Assembly (NCBI GenBank): GCA_001938485.1
Contig: MQRK01226806.1
Span: 1-57,392, forward strand
DNA: 57,392 bases
Direction of reading: 5' to 3'
DNA from: Girardia tigrina
Taxonomy: Eukaryota
Of this stretch, positions 50,821 to 57,392 are shown in pieces (positions within the stretch are counted from its first letter, which is position 1; each line of letters begins with the position of its first letter). Both the position numbers and the translations under genes were made by a program. The notes below the pieces were generated by a model. The model had not been told where the DNA came from. It was given only the letters and a program-made list of their open reading frames with translations, and did not search any database.

Positions 50821-53800
50821 AAGATGGGTTATTTCCTCTCTGACCTAATGCATTTTGAGAGTGAACAATATCTGACGTTTTTTATCTTTCGGTTAAATAG
50901 TTTTGTTAATTAATAGAATTATATTAATAATTGTTTGTTTTTTAATTTATATTATTATACAAAAGGTGATTTTATTACATAAATAAATTGTTCATCAGAT
51001 CTCCTGTTCTATAAATGTAAAACCAACTGCTACACTTAAGACAGTCACAAAACTATATGGATTTGAGTTTGAATTTCTGCATCATGCTCCCTACTCACCA
51101 GACCTAGTTCCAAACTGACTGCCATTTCTTTCTTTCAGAAACAAAATTTATTTATAAATGAAGAGTCATTGATGCGGAGAGCTCAAGTGTACTAATATAC
51201 AAACTCCGAATTTACAATTTTTTAATAAAAACAAGCAAAATCAAGTGAATTTTTATTGGATTTTTTCCAGTTGAGTGTTTTAAAAATTAAAAAATTTTCT
51301 AGATTTTAAAGTTTTTTTCATGGCCGGCTTGTCGCCTATAAACTTTCTAGCAAAAATAAAAACAAAAAATATAAATATTGAGTCTGAAATATTATCCAGT
51401 AAAAATAAATTTAAGCAAGACATTTACAGGAAAAGAAAAAGGATTGTTATTTTTTGTTTAATCAAAGGAAAATTTTTTTGTAGATAAATTTTATTTCCAA
51501 TAGAAATTCTATTTTTTTTAATTTTTCTTATTTCGAAAAATTTAATTCTTTGAATATTACGCATAAATCATATTCAACAGTCCATTGACAAATCAAGTTC
51601 GTTCTCAATCAGAATAATTAATGAAGACTTGAATTTTATTCGATCAGTTTTTTACGTCGAGGAAAACTCCCTTGAGTTTGATTTATCATAATCTTTCTAT
51701 ATTGAGTCTCTTTTGATTAACAGAGCAAAATGGGAAGATAAACTCATTTGCTGACACTAACAAACGTTCCACGCTATACTGACTTCAATATAAAAACATT
51801 TTATTTGAGTCGAGTGTTGCGTACATTATTTTCTTTTCTTAAAGAAATAAATTCAATTAATTTTCTTTTCACTAAAATTGTTCAACAAAACATTTGAAAA
51901 TATTGAAAATTAAATTATTCGCCTCAGTCGTTTGAGGAATTAATTTTTCTGCTGTGACAAAACCTCGAGATTTACCAAACATAATCCTCTGTATTTTTTC
52001 CCGAGAATTATAATAGTAAAATACAATTGAACAAAAATAAATTAATACAATTTTAATTTTGTTTTCTTCAAAATAAAATTCGTGACGTTTTTCTTCTGGA
52101 ATTTATGATTAATTTATGAGATTTTTATGCAAAATATTGGTGTTTGTTTGTTGGTTTTAATTATTTAAAAAAGTGAGTTATTGATGAACGAATATTGATT
52201 GAATTAGAGTCTGAAATTCCTTTCGTAAAAGAAAAAAAAAATCAGCATCATTAAAAAATCATAAAATATTCCTGGAGGACTGAGATGGAGAATAGACTTT
52301 ATAAGGAAAAATAAATTTGGAAAAATCTGAAAAAAATATTATCAAAAATTTTGTCAATTAAAACATGTTTTCTTTTAGATAGAGTTGTAATTATTCAAAT
52401 TAAATTAAATAAAATATATATTTACAATATATAATTAATATTTTAAATAAAATTAAATTAAATCATTTGCATATTTATCTTACGGACATGTATAATATAA
52501 AAAAATCAATATTTCTATCTACAAGAAAAAAAATCAAACGTGCGGCGAAAACGAAAACATCATCGGCGAAAAAACTTTTTGTAAATAATAAGTATAAAAA
52601 AATATAAAATACTTTTCTTTGAACGGTTATATTTGTTAATGATGAAATTTAAAAAAAATCGGATTGCAATGTGTGATACAATAAAAGATAGCATACAGCA
52701 TACTTTATCGGTTCATTTTTGCAACAAAATAGTCATATATTTTTTATTGTTCAGTTTTAAGTTTTTTATTTGAAACAACACCAATCGAGCAAATCATGCT
52801 CCGTGAATGATATTGTCTGATAAAACGACGATACGCGTGATCAATCTCAATCCGCCCAAGTCCCGCAAATAATCTAATTCTCCCACGGATGACAGAAGAG
52901 TCTACGCGAATTGATTATCACGATGCTCTCCTCTGTGCAGCGCCAGTGGACTCTGACCAAATTGAGCCAATCGACAAAGCTCCGAGGGGACCAGAAACCT
53001 TGATCTCGATGTTCCTCTAGAAAAAGATCCTCAGAACACTGGTGCTCAGTGGAATTGATTCTGAAGAGCGTCGCCACCCCTTTTTGGACGAGAAAAGATA
53101 ACAGATATGTAACTGCATGCCGAGGACCACTCAAGCTCCATCCGACTTGCACCAGATGAGAGTAGATTGAAATATACATTTTCAAACAATGAAAAAAATA
53201 AGTAAAATTACTATTTTTGTATTCGATAAGAATAAATCATGTTTACTGATTTCAAATTCTGAATTTTCGAAGTGAGAGACCTTCAAATTTCAGTACCGCT
53301 TCCTTTATTTTTATATTGATCGAACATAGATATAAATACTTAAGATAGTCCAAATATTTGAATAATAACACAAATAAATTACTATTGAGTAATTTATTAT
53401 AAGTAATTTATACAAAAAATACTTAAATATAAATCGATAAATTACTTTAAATAGTTAAGTATGGTTTTAAATGTGTTGGTAAAAATGTCTCAGTTGCTCT
53501 TTTCTTCATTTGTGTTTAGGATACATGGAGCGGAAAATTAAATGTTTGACCGAACATTTTGCCGGTTTGGAAAAATTATGTCAATAAATTGAACAAATAA
53601 ATAAGTTTAAATAATTAATTAAACAAAGTAAATTAAAATATTTAATAGATAAAAAAATAATTTAATTAAATTAAAGTATCATAAATAAATAAATAAGCTA
53701 AATAAATGATTACAAAAATTAAAAATATGGTGAGAAAGAATTTAATTAAAGAAAAAATCAATTGGGCAATGAAAAATAAAAAAAATTGATGACCTTGAAG

Positions 53801-54158
53801 GGAGATTATTTTAAGGATTCAGTGAATATGTTTATAATGTGCGAAAAATCGAATTTGTGAAAGTTTACGTGGCTGAGTTGATCGATGTTCAAAAAAGTGT
53901 AAAGGAAAAAAATGTGTTTAAAAATAAAATAAATTGGTGATTTGAGTTAAAAAAATAAAAAATCTTCAATTTAAATTTAAAACTGTTTATTTTCTTATGC
54001 CGATTTGATCGGTGCAAAATCGTTTGCTATCTTCATCAGAAACCAGCGTCAATGGGCCACTCTCTATTGATTCTATTAATAAATTTAAATCAGAATTAAG
54101 TAAAAACTGAAATTCTTTCTGGTTCTCAGTCTAATGTAAATACAATCATCATCTAATC

Positions 54159-54230
54159 CAGTGTTTCTTAACCTTTTGAGTTAGTGACACACTTAAATGA
54201 CCGTTAAATTTTCGCAACACAGCACAAATG
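54159..54230 (+). mobile_element. One end of a hAT/Charlie-like MITE
   Basis: CAGTGTTTCTTAACCTTTT start; partner end not identified. Confidence 0.4.
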
Positions 54231-54999
54231 AAAAGACATTTGTTTTTCGAAATAATAACACATTTTTATACATATGAAATTGATTTATTTATAATATGTT
54301 GAAAATTTTTTGAAACAAATAAAATTAACATTCCAAAAGCTCAATGTAACTTTTAATATACATATTGATTAATTGAAAAAAATTTGAAAATCTTTAAAGA
54401 ATTATGTGAGGAGGTATTTAATTTAGTTCGCTTATCAAAATTTAAATGGTTTTAAAAATAATTTTGAACGGAAATTAAATTGAAAATTTTAAAAATTAAG
54501 TAGAAGGATAATTAAATATTTTAACTTTGAATTTAAAAATATTCTTTCTAAATTTATTTGATTTAAAATATTATTTTAGTAGAAAAATAAATGGATCAAA
54601 AGCAGATACTAGATACAACAGTATTTTAAAAATAATAATTTTAGTTGAATTTTATTAAAAATTTTATTAAAATCTGTAAAATTTATTTTTAAATTTTGAA
54701 ATCAGTTAAGGATATGATTAAAAAATTATATATTTACAACATAAAAATATAAGTAAAATATAAGTAAATTAATAGTTTTCCTTAATAATTTATAAAAATT
54801 TTAAAATTAAATATTATTTTGATTTGATTTAAAATAAATTTAAAATTATTGGAAAATAGAGATCGGCGGATTGATTACAAATTTAGGAAAAGGTTGAAAT
54901 TTTTGTTTGAATAATTGTTATTAATAAATATATAAATTTAGTTAAAATTACTTCTGATATTGATGTTACAAATACTACTCACAAACTATTTTTAATTAA

Positions 55000-57275
55000 T
55001 ACTATGAGAGGTTAATTTAAATTTTTATCTCGCCAGAATAATTTATTATTTTTTTAAAAGGTAAAATATTTTAATGTTAATATGCTTATTCAATATTTTA
55101 AAATTAAAAATGATATAATAAAACAACTATTAAAAAATCTGATATTAAAAATTCTGATAATTTAAATAAAAGTAAATTTGCTACACAGAATAAGAAATTA
55201 AATAATTTAAGAAAATTATTTGAAGTTTTTAAATTTGATGTTAAAATACTATTATTAATTTGAGTAATGTAAATTTATCTAAGGATGAGATCGATATATT
55301 AAAATATGGACCTAAACATTCAATAAAATCAAAATTTGATAAATTAAAATTTCAATCAAAGATTGAAGCAATGTATGGCTATTATTTATCTAATATTTCT
55401 TATTTTCATAATTTTGATTTCGGATATTTTAAGCATGTTTTGAATAAAAATACTTCAGATTATGTAAATAAAAATTTTAAGCAAAATAACAAAGATTTTA
55501 TGATTTTAAAAAATCTATCTAAGAAAAATATTAATATATGTAAATTTGATAAAGGGAATGGTTTATTCGTTTTAAATAAGGAGGATTATGTGAATAAAAT
55601 GATTGATGTTCTCAAAGGGCCACAATTTATGAAAATTAATAAATTTCGTAAAAATGGTAAACTTCCTCCGATAAAAGATGATGAATTTCTTACTTCTTTA
55701 TTATCAAATCTTAATATTTGTGATAATCTTGTAAAAGGTTTGCATCCAATTTGTTCTCAACCAGCCAAATTATATGGACTTCCGAAGGTACATAAAAATG
55801 GAATACCTTTAAGACCCCTTTTATCAATGATTAGAACGTCTCAATATATGGTAGCGAAATATCTAGATTCAAAATTAAAACCTCTATTATCATCTGAATT
55901 TTTGTGTCGTGATAGTTTTGAATTTGTTGATTTCATTTCTACTTATNNNNNNNNNNNNNNNNNNNNNNNNNNNNNNNNNNNNNNNNNNNNNNNNNNNNNN
56001 NNNNNNNNNNNNNNNNNNNNNNNNNNNNNNNNNNNNNNNNNNNNNNNNNNNAAATAATCATTCAGAACATCATATTGTCGACGAGGTTGGGTTTCGAGAG
56101 TTATTAAGCTTTGCAACATCAAATGTTCATTTTCTTTTTAATAATGAGTGGTATAAGCAAACTGATGGGGTTGCTATGAGTTCACCGTTAGCACCAACGT
56201 TAGCTTCTGTTTTTCTTTCAAAGATTGAAAATAAAATTAAATTGTTTGATGGAAATCAACCTTTAGTATATAAAGGATACGTTGATGATATATTCCTAGT
56301 TTTTAAAAATCAGGCTGATGTACTTCCATTTTTAAATTTTATGAATTCGTTACATTCAAATGTTACTTTCACAGTTGAAAATGAAAAGAATGAAGTCTTA
56401 CCTTTTCTGGATCTTTTGGTTGAAAGAAAATCTCTTAGTTACGAGACTGGAATTTATAGGAAGCAAACTGATACAGGTTTATATACTTCACCAGATAGTN
56501 TTTGTGAACTTAAGTATAAAAGAAACATGATTAAAGGTTTAATTTATCGCTCCTGGTCGTTGTCTTCCACTTTTGTTAAATTTGTAGAAAGTGTTAATAA
56601 ACTAAGTTCTTTGTTAAATCAAAAGGTTATTCTAAATCTTTTCTAGAAAAATTAATAAAGGAAACAGTATATAAAATACTTTTGAAAGATTTTTCGAAAA
56701 ATCAGAGTTTGGCTTCTCCTGATGGTTCTAAGAAAGAAATCGAAGGATCATTAGATATGAATAATATGCCTAAATATTGTTTAATTGTACCTTATTCTGA
56801 AGGATTTAAAAACTTTAAAAATGCATTGTTAAAAGCAACTAATAATGAATTAAATTTAAAATTTATATCACGATCTCATAAAATTCAAAATATGTTCAGT
56901 AATAAATCTATTACACCTTTAACACTTTGTTCTGATATTGTTTATGAATATAAATGTAATGGGTGCGATGCCACATACATTGGAGAGACTGCCCGTCATC
57001 TCTGTAAACGAATTCAAGAACATGGTCGAAAAGAGAGTAAGAGTAATATTGCAGAACGTAGGAAAAAATGTAAATGTGATGTTAATTTTGAAAATTTCAA
57101 AATTCTGTGTAAGCATTTTGACAGTTATTGGGAGAGTGTCGTGTGAAGCATTGTTAATAAGGTCACGTTGCCCTAAAATTAATGTTCAATCGGCAGCCTC
57201 AACCAGCTTATTGAGAATTTTTGATTAGCATGATTTCATGCAATCGATTACATAATCATCATTTTTGTATTTATA
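55000..57275 (+). mobile_element. Penelope-like retroelement (RT + GIY-YIG endonuclease), frameshifted
   Basis: KFDKGNG, LYGLPKVHK..PLRP, QTDGVAMSSPLAP, YVDDIF, LPFLD, IYRKQT, IVYEYKCNGCDATYIGETARHL..RIQEH, CEALLIR. Confidence 0.97.
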
Positions 57276-57277
57276 TA

Positions 57278-57392
57278 CAGGGGAATTGATTACATTATAG
57301 AAGAGAATTTTTAAATATTTTTAAACCACTAGTAGGGGAAAAATGGGGATTCTCCCCCACCCCCCCCCCGGGGGGGGGTCGTAATTAGTTAC
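57278..57392. mobile_element. Probable Tc1/mariner-type MITE end interrupting the Penelope 3' UTR
   Basis: TA-CAGGGG start followed by C/G tracts; runs off the window. Confidence 0.35.

Noticed and set aside
54000-54050. Minus-strand CTGATGA followed by a hairpin
   Set aside because: No GAAA box and no stem I, so not a credible hammerhead.

Overview
AT-rich eukaryotic (invertebrate animal-like) genomic DNA from a draft assembly with many N-gaps. The only clear host gene is a minus-strand Notch ligand of the DSL family (Delta/Serrate-type). Exon A (25653-25294) encodes the signal peptide and N-terminal C2/MNNL region. It splices across a ~19.8 kb intron to exon B (5464-5152), which encodes the rest of C2 and the DSL domain. 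Any EGF/TM exons must lie left of the window. Nearly everything else is transposon debris: at least eight mariner-type copies, three DD37D-like Tc1/maT copies, a complete-ended hAT, a pogo/Tigger, a piggyBac derivative, a decayed BEL/Pao-like pol, nested MITEs and DINE/HINE-like elements. There is also a Penelope element (RT + GIY-YIG), a Penelope 3' remnant whose inverted pseudo-LTRs carry hammerhead-ribozyme cores, and a NeSL-like RLE retrotransposon whose Ulp1 protease abuts the CCHC/RLE nuclease with no RT between. An hsp70 pseudogene fragment and several GC-rich orphan ORF islands (18.5k, 33.3k, 43-44.6k, 52.8k) complete the window. I could not assign the orphan islands to any family.
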